Part shown: positions 1 through 12,400 of the stretch, piece after piece | Layout of the letters: the number at the start of each line of letters is the position of its first letter | Numbering within the stretch: the first letter of the stretch is position 1 | Assembly (NCBI GenBank): GCA_965235115.1 | Contig: OZ249436.1 | Location: forward strand, 32,056,001-32,120,000 | Direction of reading: 5' to 3' | Length of the DNA: 64,000 bases | Origin: Laetmonice hystrix | Taxonomy: Eukaryota | The notes under the pieces: model-generated | The model's input: the letters and a program-made list of their open reading frames with translations, nothing else | Databases searched by the model: none | What the model was told of the DNA's origin: nothing | Translations under genes and position numbers: made by a program

Positions 1-3000
1 GTGCTGACACTTGTGGCCCGTCTTACTAAGAATTTTGTCCCCAAGTAGCAACATCCCCGAATCGAGGATGTCTTGGGAACGTTCTCTCCCCTAGTGAAAA
101 CTAGCAGGGTGCCACACCCACCCTGCTCTTTTGAAGAGCACCCAGCCTTTTTGAAGAGCACCCTCATTCCCTGCCCCTGTCAGACAGTGCCCTGCCTCTG
201 TTAGCAGCACCTTGCCACCCGCATTGCCCCAAATTTTTCCAGGAAATGACCCAGCTGTCGTTATACACACTCCTCAAAGAAGCAGGTCAGTCATTATAAA
301 CATATACGCACAGGTTTGCACTTAAAAGACCATTGTTTGCCTAAATGAAGGGGTACCGCTTGGCGGATAAATGCGGTTGCGTAAAAGAGTGCTCACATGA
401 AAATGCTCCGAAATGGTAATACATAAAATAATATGTTTATTTAGCACTAATATGACTTTAGGCAGTACCCAGGGGCGAGCGGAGTTTTATCTAGATCTAT
501 ATTGGAAGAGTAGATACTACGGCTTTGTTTCAGCAGGCCAAAGAATAATTATTGGAGAAAATGTGAGCGCCGGGAATTACCTGTTGACAGGTCACTTAGC
601 AATGCCTATTGTTTAGACGACCATGGGGATATTGTTGCGTCGGTAGACATAATAGAAAAGCATATGGGGATATTGTGACGTCACAATGGAAGTTTTTATA
701 AACAGATCAGGTTCTAAATATACGGTCTGGCAGGCTGCATTTTTTACCTCGTCAGACTGGCTGTCATTGTCCTCAAATATTGTTACCTAGAGCCTGTCAA
801 ATTCCGCGATTGTTGCCAGGAACCTAGTTTCAAATCGCCAATCGACCTATGGGTAGTTTTAAAGCATTTATTCAGGAATGTGCACATTCTCACGTTTTTA
901 GTAGTTATGTAGCTAGGCAGTTAATGCCATAAAAAAAACTTTGATTTTTTTTGTTCAAGTGTTTTGAAGCAATAATTGTTGTGACTGTAGGCCTACATAT
1001 ATACAGTTTGAAGATGTCAGAAGATTTCATGGGTATGGTTACCAAATCAGGCAACCATTACCAATATGGTATGGCTTTTCTTTTGTATAGTGCACTGTCC
1101 TGGAGTACTTGAAGTTGTTATCCTTACTTATATTTACTTGTGTACTGAAATTAAAGTTTTTTTCAAAATTGTATTTTTAAGAACTTTTTCCCCAAACGTT
1201 GTTCAGCTTTATTATTACTCATCATTAATTGCATAGATATATTTAAAATTATCTGTCTGAGCTTCAGAAGAGGCGTTAGCATACCGAATATGTCCCTTTA
1301 GCCGAGCATGTGCGTGTGCAGAAAAGCAGTGCGCGGCAATTGATACAAAATTTACGGCTACTACATTATGACGTCACTATCAGATAGTACGCCAGTCATC
1401 GCCATGCCGGGAAGGACACAGGTTGTTTGAAAAAATGCGGGGCGGTGTGGCAAATAGGTGGTGCGCGGCTAAAGGGACATATACGGTATATGGTCGTGTC
1501 TCACGAATTTGGCCAAATTTGCGTTACGTGTGGTCAGCCGAAAATTTCACAAAAGTACATCATCTGCTTTGTCACATTGGCCAGGGAAGTAATTCCTGTT
1601 AACAATCTTATATGAATGATGATGAAGATCAAATTAGAAGAAATTGAAGATCAAATCAGATGAAGATGAGATCAGATGAAGTAGTTTTTGTGATGTTTCC
1701 TGCTGACCACACATAACGCTAATTTGGCCAAATTCATGAGACTCGACCATATATGTAAATTTGAGGGACTATTATAAAAACGTTCCCACAAAAAGATTGT
1801 ATCAGTGTACATGTATAAGATTGATGTCCAGATCTTTACCGCAATGTACATTTTGATGGTGGCTCTTTTTACCTGTCTAAACATCAGTATTCACTAGAAT
1901 TTAGTAGAAATAATATAAGTATTAAAAAATCTTTTAACAAATATAGGATACTTATGTTCAGACAAAATATGTGTTAGACATCAAACGGTTTGTTGTAAGT
2001 AGTGCACAATTCTTCAGTTAACTGCAGTGAAGTACAAACAAGTGCTGCCACCTGGTGGCTAATGGCATATTTGAGGTGTCAGGGTACTCAGACATCGTCG
2101 AAGGTAAAGCATGTCGCACGGAGGTGGTACCTGCTTATTTTTCACATCTCATTCGAAAGTTAAAGCTGATTTTCAATAAGAAATCTTATACGTCGCCTAA
2201 TGCATTTAGAGTCAGGTCAAGCAAAAAATAATACCCGGTAGTCAGAACCAATATAGAGATGATATTTATGTTATAAAAAAAAGGAAGTTCATACAATACT
2301 GGCCAACCAGTGGGCATAATTAAAAGGTATCATCAAATGTTTATCATTTCCTTTCGATCAGTTATAGAACTTTTGTCTTAGATTCAGTGTTGGTCAATGG
2401 TTACAGACTCACAATGTGGATCACTTTCTGACAGCATGTTACATGTATACCACATGCATGCTCTAGAATTAGTAACTACTATCAGTACGTGACCTCCTGG
2501 CGTAGTCCGGGCCCATTCCAGAGGACGATAGCTGTATCTAGGTTACCAATTACGCAATAGGCTACCATGCCGGAGGTTTGGAGAAAATATCATGAACAGT
2601 GCCCCCCCCCCCCCCTTTCACAACAGAGAATTTCATTGCAATGGCTCTAATGGAATGATATTCAGTGGAGGCCGTGACATTTGGAATATATTAATTTAAG
2701 GTATTCCCGTACTGTAGATATAGTAAAGCTTCCTGCCCTGTCATCCGAGTGGAGGGCACAAGTTTGGTTCAGTTCACCCAGTCGTGCGGAACGGCCAACC
2801 CTTTTAACTGACCTTCATATGTCCCTGATCTCAGTGATCTGTGAACCTGCCCTGATTAGTGTTATTTAATAAATCATCTGACAGTCGAGTTTAGACTTTG
2901 ACTCATCACGTGTACCCTAGCAGATCATCGTCGACCATGATTTTACTGTAAAAATAGGGCAACATTCTATCAGAGAGGATATAAAGAAAAATGCGGAATT

Positions 3001-3044
3001 CGTCAGCACATTTTCCCCGTCATCAAGGTATTTCTAAGCCAAGC

Positions 3045-3148
3045 CAGTGGCGGATCCAAGGGGGGGGGGGCATTAGTGGTACGTGCCCCCCGGTGCCCCC
3101 CCCCCCCACCCCCACCCCCTGGCAATGACCCCTCTGGATCCTCCCCTG
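3045..3148. mobile_element. Short GC-rich MITE, CAGTGGCGGATCCA-terminus family
   Basis: Inverted ends cagtggcggatcca ... tggatcctcccctg, flanked by a caagc direct repeat. Related copies occur at about 18945-19062, 21320-21476 and 30843-30996. Confidence 0.6.
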
Positions 3149-3849
3149 CAAGCTAACAAACAAACAAACAAACAGAAAAAGGGTATTTAAGGCAATTAAG
3201 CTACATAATAACCAGTGTCTGTTCTTATTAAGTGATGAGTAGCACTCAGCCAACTCTGTATTTCTGGGTGGAGCACGGACTAATTAATCTGAATTTTGAG
3301 ATAAAAACATTAAATTGTACACAATTCTGAACCGTTTTGATCCACGTAGAAAGGGAATCCCACCTGTTTCCGCCTCCCACAAGAGTTGAATTAGGAGTAG
3401 TTTCACGTGAATACATAAACTATGGTGTCATTGTCAGCCCGTTTCCTGGCCACAGTCAAGACTACCCCCAGCAATGGTACAGCTCCCCAAGGAGAGAAAC
3501 AATTTCTATGTCTGGCCACTTATATGTTCACTTATAACCGTTTTACTGCCTCGCCAGTATGTTACACATTCTTAGCCAATATAAAAGTTATGATTATTTC
3601 GAACTGTCACTTGCAGTCGATACCGGTGTGGGCGGTAATTTTCGGTAACGCGTTGCTGATAAAACAGGTCTGTAGAGTAAAGCCCGAATGAAAATGTCAG
3701 AAGGGCTCGCAAAATTTAACGTCACAGTCACAGAGGATTCAGTAGAAAGTGTTGCTGCAGGTAGGGGTAGTTGTCTAGATTACAGTAATTATGCGTCAAG
3801 GGAATAAATTCAATAATTAGATGTTGAATTATTTAGTGGGTTCACAGAG

Positions 3850-4290
3850 TAAGATCTGTTGTAGTTGGCTACCGCAGAATGTGTAATCTCCATGTTGTTG
3901 AGCTGCTACATGCATATTTTGAACCAAGGGTCCAAGTAATCCTGATACGGATGTACGGTCAGCTAGTTCAGTTTCAGCAGTATCAATTAATGCAAGTACT
4001 GTTATCTAATTACGTTTTAGGTTTAGTTTGAGCACAGGTCTGGACTTGCGGTTAAAGCAGAGAACAGACAATAAGTTTACGAAATTACGTAATGGCCTAT
4101 TACCCAGAGGCAGTATACGTTATAGGCTTAATAGATTAAAGGCTTAGTAACCCCAAGGTACTGGCACAGAGGTACACCGTGTACCGGTATATCCCATTAA
4201 CCGGGATGGTGAACGGACTTTGTACCACGGTTTTACATCACGCAGTGTTTAATATCAGACTTGAAAGTGCCATATTCTTCAGGTAGCGTC
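3850..4290 (-). mobile_element. Probable degenerate LTR-retrotransposon gag/aspartic-protease relic
   Basis: Minus-strand translation around 3960-4080 gives ...RKSRPVLKLNLKRN*ITVLALIDTAETEL. This resembles the retropepsin N-terminus RP.v.i.i.g....ALlDTGA with the Gly missing and an internal stop. The upstream GVPLCQY looks like a decayed Gag zinc-knuckle start. Confidence 0.4.
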
Positions 4291-7200
4291 ATGCTGACGC
4301 TTTGATCGACCACCCTGAAACCTAATATGTACAGCAGCCTACCACACGCTAGGCGAGCTCTACCTTTGTCTGATCTTGGTATGAGGTGAAAATTACATGA
4401 ATTACTTATTGGATAAAAGGATAGATGGGCGGCAAGTCCTGGCTAGAGCAAATCACTAATGGTAAAGAAATAAATAAATAAAACATGTACATGTACATGT
4501 ATACATGTACATGGGTAGATTCCCTCGGAATGAAATGTTGTGGTGAGAACTAAACAATCGATCGCTATTTCTAGGCCCTAGCCCTAGCTCCCATCTCTGG
4601 TCCCTGGACCTCCTTGAAACTCTATGTTGAAACCCCCCTCCCCCAGTTATGTGCATACATGTATACTGTCTATGGGCTTGCCTTGACACTGGGATCGCAC
4701 GAAAACAAAAACAACGATTTAAAAGAATAAAGGAATATATCATCCACATATCGCTATGTCAGAAAAATATAAAATACCATTATTTCCACGTAGCAATAAT
4801 GTCAATGTTAAGTTCAAACAATGAGGTTATGATTAAAGCAAACACTGACTATCTGTTCTTACTTCAAAATGCAGAATCCAAAATGCAGACATCGAAACCT
4901 TGTCAGGTTAGATAAGGTCTTAAACCAAGGATTATAGAGAGTATATCCTCAGGACTATAATCATTGCTTAGACCGAATAAATCAATAAATGTATACCCAC
5001 AGTAATTGAGAAATCTAATGAAATTCAACACGCCAGTTGCCTGTTGTTGCCATGAAGAGAATAGCCAATGAAATTCATCGGTTCATCGCCCTGCATTTTG
5101 GAGTCATTGAATTAGGAGATAGTCGGTGTTTGCTTTAAGTTTAAATACAATACGATTTACCAGCAATGTTTTCATTAATTTTAGTGATGGTATGATTGTC
5201 TTGTCAATTTTTGTCATCACGAAAGAAGCCCAGCTTAGCCAGGGGTGGTGGGGGTGTGGTGTTCTTTATGCTCTAATGTTATTATCTAGGTGTTAAAAAC
5301 TTCGCGTCCGACTATTGTGGGGAACAATGAGGTAGATTCTGTGAAGGCGTTTTTGATGCAGTGGCAATTGAACTCATGCTTTGAACTTAAGCTGTAGTTT
5401 AAACTTTAATCAGCTTGTAATCCCAAACCAAGTACGAGTAGTCACTGGATTATAACCAGAGAAGTCGGTCGGCTTTTTGTGAAAGCAAGCCTACATCAAA
5501 TACACACTAGAAAATCATAACATGTTGGGGCACATCACTGTTGACATGGACCCAACATAGGTCTACACATGTACATATTGTAGAGAGATTTTTATATCTC
5601 TGTGACTTCTACAACAGCCTGAGTGAGGAGCAGTAGGGGCCCACAGTAAGTATCGTGTTGGCTTGTTATATGTGTATGTGTACATGTGTATAGGCCGGAG
5701 TGCCTACCCCCCAAGTTGTGTTCAAAATTAGGTTGCCGGTGTTCGGCAGTGTTTTACGGTTTGGGTAGGTTGGGCGGGACGGCCTCGTGCCACGTCAGGC
5801 CATCGTCAGGGATCCAACGGTGGGCAGTGGGCAACAATCCAGGAGTAAGTAACCTGCCAGAAGTTCTCACGTTACAGACCGGCACTGGGCCCATCGGATC
5901 AGCTCCAGAACATAACTCACTTGATGTTTCACGGAACAATTTTGGCATTGGTGGTTCTGGCCAAATGCTTGATATGACATAATACTTTCTAATTACTATA
6001 AGTCCGGTTTCGGCCTCCAAATCAGAGAGTCGAACAACACCAGAACCTGCTGTGTGCCTGCCTTGTTGGTCCGGTATAATGGTCTGCGCCTGGCTGGTTG
6101 GTGCTGTGATGATATGTGGCTGATGATATTGGGGTGATGATATCTGATCCACAACACGGGGTCTGGATATTGTGATGGTGAGTACACAACTGTCCTCTGG
6201 CGAGTCTCTTAAAGAACTACGATATGATTATTGACGTATTATTGATTGGGCGAGTTTGCCTCCAGTTGATAAGGTATATATAAGCGGTATAAAAGTGTAT
6301 ACATTCGCCTAGTGTAGCTATAGACCAGGGTTTTCAAATGTGTCTTGCTTTTCAGAATCAGAGGTATTCTCACATACGTGCTGTCAATATATAATAATAC
6401 TGCTATAGAGTCAAAACATGCATTTTTAACGCATACTAGAATTCGTGATATCAACTGACAAATGCTCAGTCTTGTAGTCGTACAATGATATGATAGACAC
6501 TTTATATTTAAAAAGAAGAAAGGATAGAGTCCCTTTTTCTTGAGGGATAAAAATAATACCAATACAATACAAAGGTTCCATCAATGTAGAATGCTACTGC
6601 CATGTATTGGTGTAGAAACGGCAGTTGCCAGGGTTGCAGGCGGTAGCTGAATCATATTTGACTGCGACCAAATTGAATTCCAACAATCTGCCTTCTACAC
6701 GTGATCAATAGTCATTTGTAATAACACAATTGGTCCGAGGGGAGAAGGACGTCTTTGTGTGGTGTAGGGGCGGAGGGGGGAGGGCGGCCGGTGGACTGGT
6801 GGCCGGGAGCCGGGGGCGAGGGTCGGGCCAATACCCGGCACACAGGAGGCCTCGCCCCCGGGGGTGGTGGGCTTGAAGGCTCCGTGATATAAGCAGGTAA
6901 ACACCGGTTAATGGAACCCTCTGGCCGCCTCAGGTAACGGGTGTCGGCCCACCGTGAAGGTTCAACTCTTGTTGGTTTCCATGCAGGCCCCAGGTGTTAC
7001 TGTTAGGTCATTCTTTAGACATGGGTTGGCCATTGACTTATAACCAGATATTTTATGTCAGTGGAGATCAGCTTTATGGTTTGGTTATTATTTTTTAATG
7101 TTCACGAGCATTATTTATTTAAATGTTCTATTGAAGTTTCCAGCGCGAGGAGATAAAATGGCTCGAATGCAAGGGCAACAGGGACAATTTCTGTTTGCAG

Positions 7201-7600
7201 AAATAAGTTGTTTAAAATTGTCTACATGTGTTCCAACATGGCTGATTTGATCAGTTACGTATAGATTAATAGATCTCAGGACCCTGATTGTGTATTGTTA
7301 TGATCATGAACTGATAGGCTCAATTATCGAACTCATTGGCGGATCCCTAACTTCGGTTTCCAATCCAGTCGTATGCTTTGCTTTTATTTGATACTTTAAA
7401 AGGTTCCTAAGTCGATTCTATGTCGACTAGTGATGTTTTCTTGAATTCAGTCTTGGCTCAAAATATACCCAACAGTGTCCGTTCGTGTCTGGTATCTAAA
7501 CTTCTCCCTGCAACAGAAATAAAGGTAGACATACGATGACAATTAGCAACATTCTACATAAGGCCATCACTTTGTTTGACTGTATGGCGGGACGTAGCGG

Positions 7601-8053
7601 TCTTACATTAAGTTACATTGTCGTATCTTACATGAAGTTACATTGTCGTATCTTACATGAAGTTACATTGTCGTGTCATACATGAAGTTACATTGTCGTA
7701 TCTTACATGAAGTTACATTGTCGTGTCATACATGAAGTTACATTGTCGTATCATACATGAAGTTACATTGTCGTATCTTACATGAAGTTACATTGTCGTA
7801 TCATACATGAAGTTACATTGTCGTATCATACATGAAGTTACATTGTCGTGTCATACATGAAGTTACATTGTCGTGTCTTACATGAAGTTACATTGTCGTG
7901 TCATACATGAAGTTACATTGTCGTGTCTTACATGAAGTTACATTGTCGTGTCATACATGAAGTTACATTGTCGTGTCATACATGAAGTTACATTGTCGTA
8001 TCATACATGAAGTTACATTGTCGTATCATACATGAAGTTACATTGTCGTATCT
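7601..8053. repeat. Minisatellite, 25-bp unit (tacatgaagttacattgtcgtatct), about 18 copies
   Basis: agttacattg recurs at 7611, 7636, 7661 and onward. Confidence 0.95.
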
Positions 8054-8606
8054 TCTCCGGTTAGCGCTGTATGCAGCCGATAACGACGTTTGCTTTGTCA
8101 ACACCACCTCGACCCTTAGGCCGGCGTTTCGGTCTCAGGTCAGACTGGATCTGGACGATGGTCAAGTGTGTTGGGGACTCTGCTGGCGGAACTTTGTGTC
8201 GTTAATGTCAACCTAGGGAAAATCTTCGTTGGCCAGCGACATTTGATGTAAAGGTGTGCGTCAGAGTCAGAGAAGGTTTTGTTATACGTTCAGACTGGAA
8301 GTGCACTCAGCAGCTGTCATAAATAGTTGAGCTCTTGGGTGATCTACAGGTACATGTATTTGAAACTTTGGCTGCAATTGACATGCATGTACTAGGTGCT
8401 AACATATTTAAAGGACACAGCGTCGTATATATGATATATGTGTTCCTTACTTGTTTGGATTAATATAGATGCTGGTCGAGTTTTAATAATGATTGGTTTG
8501 TTTGTGTGTTTGTAGGTGAGGGTATAAAGTTATTGCCAGTGGCTGCAGAGGTAGAGTACACTCGTTGATGTTTTCTGACTACCATCTGTGTACAGCTAGG
8601 GCATCG

Positions 8607-9283
8607 CAACCGCCAGCACCAACATCACTCCAAGGCATCACCACGGCCAACACCAACATCACTCCAAGGCATTGTCTCAGCTAACACCAACATCACTCCA
8701 AGGCATCACCACGGCCAACACCAACATCACTCCAAGGCATTGCCTCAGCTAACACCAGCATCACTCCAAGGCATCACCACGGCCAACACCAACATCACTC
8801 CAAGGCATTGTCTCAGCTAACACCAACATCACTCCAAGGCATCACCACGGCCAACACCAACATCACTCCAAGGCATTGCCTCAGCTAACACCAACATCAC
8901 TCCAAGGCATCACCACGGCCAACACCAACATCACTCCAAGGCATTGCCTCAGCTAACACCAACATCACTCCAAGGCATCACCACGGCCAACACCAACATC
9001 ACTCCAAGGCATTGTCTCAGCTAACACCAACATCACTCCAAGGCATCACCACGGCCAACACCAACATCACTCCAAGGCATTGCCTCAGCTAACACCAACA
9101 TCACTCCAAGGCATTGCCTCAGCTAACACCAACATCACTCCAAGGCATCACCACGGCCAACACCAACATCACTCCAAGGCATTGCCTCGGCTAACACCAA
9201 CATCACTCCAAGGCATCACCACGGCCAACACCAACATCACTCCAAGGCATTACCACTGTCAAAAGCAGCATCACTCTAAGGCG
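8607..9283. repeat. Minisatellite, 34-bp unit with two alternating variants (68-bp higher order), about 20 copies
   Basis: aacatcactccaaggcat recurs at 8621, 8655, 8689 and onward, followed alternately by caccacggcc or tgyctcagct. Confidence 0.95.
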
Positions 9284-9484
9284 TCACATCCATCCTCCTT
9301 AGACCCTTGACTCTCTCACCACAGACTCATCATTGAGAACTGGCGGCACTGCTGAGTGTTTCTTTCTCCTTTTTGGTAGCGTTCCATTTGTGCAGTGTTG
9401 GAGACAGCGGAGAGCAAGCTGGCGTTCCGAGTGTGTATCTTGCCCTGTATCGTTGATAGATCAGCGTTGCCCCCAATCAAACCC

Positions 9485-12400
9485 ATGCCTTCCATCCAGG
9501 AAGTACACAGGTAAATATCTAGTCTGGGGTATCAGTCTTCTGGGTGCTAACGAATTTTCAAACAATCTACATCTATCTAGATGCTACTTTTAATTTGTTT
9601 TCAGTTTCAGTTCAATATAGACTACGTCAAGAAAGAACATTACAAATTTATATTGAAACTACAAATAATAGTATACGGGTCCATATACTGCTACAAATGT
9701 TTCCATTCTAGTATAAGCTGACTCTATCATGTTTCCCAGTTGAATTCAGGCCAGATATGTTAAAAACTGAAAAAAAAATCCATTGGGCTTTTTAAATGTA
9801 TCACTGCCAGAACTAGGAGAAATTGAAAGTGAGTGTATAAAATGTTGGAGTAGTCGCATCCTGCAAGCAGCTGGTTCCAGCAGTGATCAAGTGAATGTTA
9901 TTGTGTTGCAGGAGCTGGAAGATGAACGGATCCGGTTGTGTGTTTGATCACTATGGTCGCATCCCTGAGGGCATCTACAAGGTGACAAGTTTCACCTCGC
10001 CCCTGGAGGAGGCTGTCTACAACAATGATGTGGAAACGTTCAGGGTGCTGGTAAAGGTGGGTGTTATGTTATGGGTGTAAACGTTCAGGGCCTGGGTAAA
10101 GGTGGGTGTTATGTTATGGATGTAAACGTTCAGGGCCTGGGTAACGGTGAGTGTTATGTTATGGGTGGAAACATTCAGGGCCTGGGTAAAGGTGGGTGTT
10201 ATGTTATGGATGCAAACGTTCAGGGCCTGGTTAACGGTGAGTGTTATGTTATGGATGGAAACATTCAGGGCCTGGGTAACGGTGGGTGTTATGTTATGGA
10301 TGCAAACATTCAGGACCTGGGTAACGGTGGGTGTTATGTTATGGATGCAAACATTCAGGACCTGGGTAACGGTGGGTGTTATGGAGTGGATACCTTCGGG
10401 TTAAATCCCCAAATCAGAAGCAAAGTTAAAGACTCGATTCAAGATACACCTGCAAGCTGCCCAAAACGTGCAGAATATTCATGAAGTAATGGATATATGC
10501 TTGGGTTTCTCGATGTATGTAACCAGAAGTTGTTTATGAAGAAACGAGTCCTCATTCTTTGTGGACAGCCACAACTCATGGGCTTGCTAGGCCGGCTGGA
10601 CGGCTTAGAGATGCGAGATGCAGTAAACAATTAAATATTTAGAGGCCAGCCCTTGTGATCAATATTGGAAAATGGAGTGTAAGCAAGATGTCCCAATATA
10701 TCAGCAAAAGTATTTGGGATAAAGCTATCTGGGTTATCAATTAATATATTACTTACGATTACAACTTACTATTTACACAGCGAGGAACCTGAAATTTCAT
10801 ATTTGTTGTTTATCTAGGATGATGACCTAAAACTAAAGTGGCAATGCCCAGGTAGCTGTTCTAGTGAAGAACAAAGCAATTACGTCCAATTACTTAACTA
10901 CATTTATAACATGACCATGTTCCATAGTCAGGGTAATTATCGTAGGATGGTAATCTTTCTGGAATCCGTAAATCAGCGTATATTATTGATAGCTCACACC
11001 ACCTGTCCTTCAGAGATCCTAGCTCTGGTGCGCCCACTCCCCCTTAATGGTAATAATTTTCAAAAGACTCAAAGTAGGTGCCTATTACTAATTGCTATTA
11101 CTAATTGTATATTCCACACTTCTCCCGTGTGTTTTACTCAAAACTTTATGTAATTACACAAACCTAAACGAGTGCAGTGCATCATGTGTTATTTTCGTCA
11201 GTTGGCTGCCAATGGCAGGAAGAAACTTTGGCCGGACGCGTCATTGTAGCCCCCCGCCCCCCATTTCCCGTCAAATGATTTTATAGTAATAGTTGGTTAC
11301 ATCCAGTGCAACATTTTCACATGGGTTTTTGATGTACTTTACCAATGTGCACTCCATATTTTATGGATTGTAACCGTTCAGTGGTGATTGTAACTGACAC
11401 TGGGATCATTTTACCGTGGTAACTGTGTTACCTGTAACAGTCGACGTCAGCCACGTTCTGACAGAGCCCAAGTGGTTTCAGAGAATTTTCCTGTCATAAT
11501 CCATTTGTTGGGTGGCTTAACTTCTGCACCGAACCGTGTCAGAACCATCTGTGGTGCTGATATAACGACAAACAATGCATACACAGCTCTGAAAAAAAAA
11601 CCAGCTTTTAGGTGGTGGATTTATCACTTAATGCAGTCTCCAACTCCAGCGTATTGCGTTATTTTCATATGTTCTGAATATTGTGCGAGGATTGGGTGTT
11701 GTGTGAAGCGAAGTGGAAGGAAACAGGATTCAATATTGATGAAGACTGCAGCACCTCGCATGCCGGGCGGCCCATCCTATCAGATCTGGTAACCGCCATC
11801 TCCAACAATTAAACCATATCATTCAATGTCAACAACCTCAGGTTACTCGGGATAATTAATACTAGACAATTCCCACAGTGTTCAGTTCTAGTCAAGGTTG
11901 TAGGGTGTTAGGACATGATGTGCTACTACTGTGTGAGGTTCTCATTGCCTGACGACGCCAAATCCATGTACTCAGCAACCCAACTGTGAAGATGCATTTT
12001 ATTAACGACTCTCTGGAAAACTGGTTCCTACAAAAACATAACTTGCCCTAAATACGGTCTGATTGTTGCGTAATGGCTGACAAGAGATTGGCAGATTGCT
12101 CTATTAGGAGGAACTATAAATGGCCAACATCATTGATGACCAAGGAGAAAAAAAGGATTGCTGCTGATTTGTTCTGGCAGGCAGAATTTAGCAATGTGAC
12201 AGATAACATTTACGAGTTATTACAGATTGGCCGACATGATCACCCGTCATTTGGGAGTGTCGTTCATCTCAGCTAACAATGACACGTCGTTCTACATGGG
12301 TTATGGGCGCTAATAACATGGGATCTGGGGCGTTTGGTATGATAACGTAAATAATCATTAAATAATTCATTGTGAAATCCTAGGTCAGCAGGAATAGCCT

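Noticed and set aside
7601..9283. Regularly spaced 25-34-bp repeats resembling CRISPR arrays
   Set aside because: No unique spacers and no cas genes, in a eukaryotic intron-exon context; these are head-to-tail minisatellites.
10071..10484. 137-aa repetitive ORF (GKGGCYVMDVNVQGL)n
   Set aside because: By-product of the 45-bp intronic array; it is not in the exon's frame.
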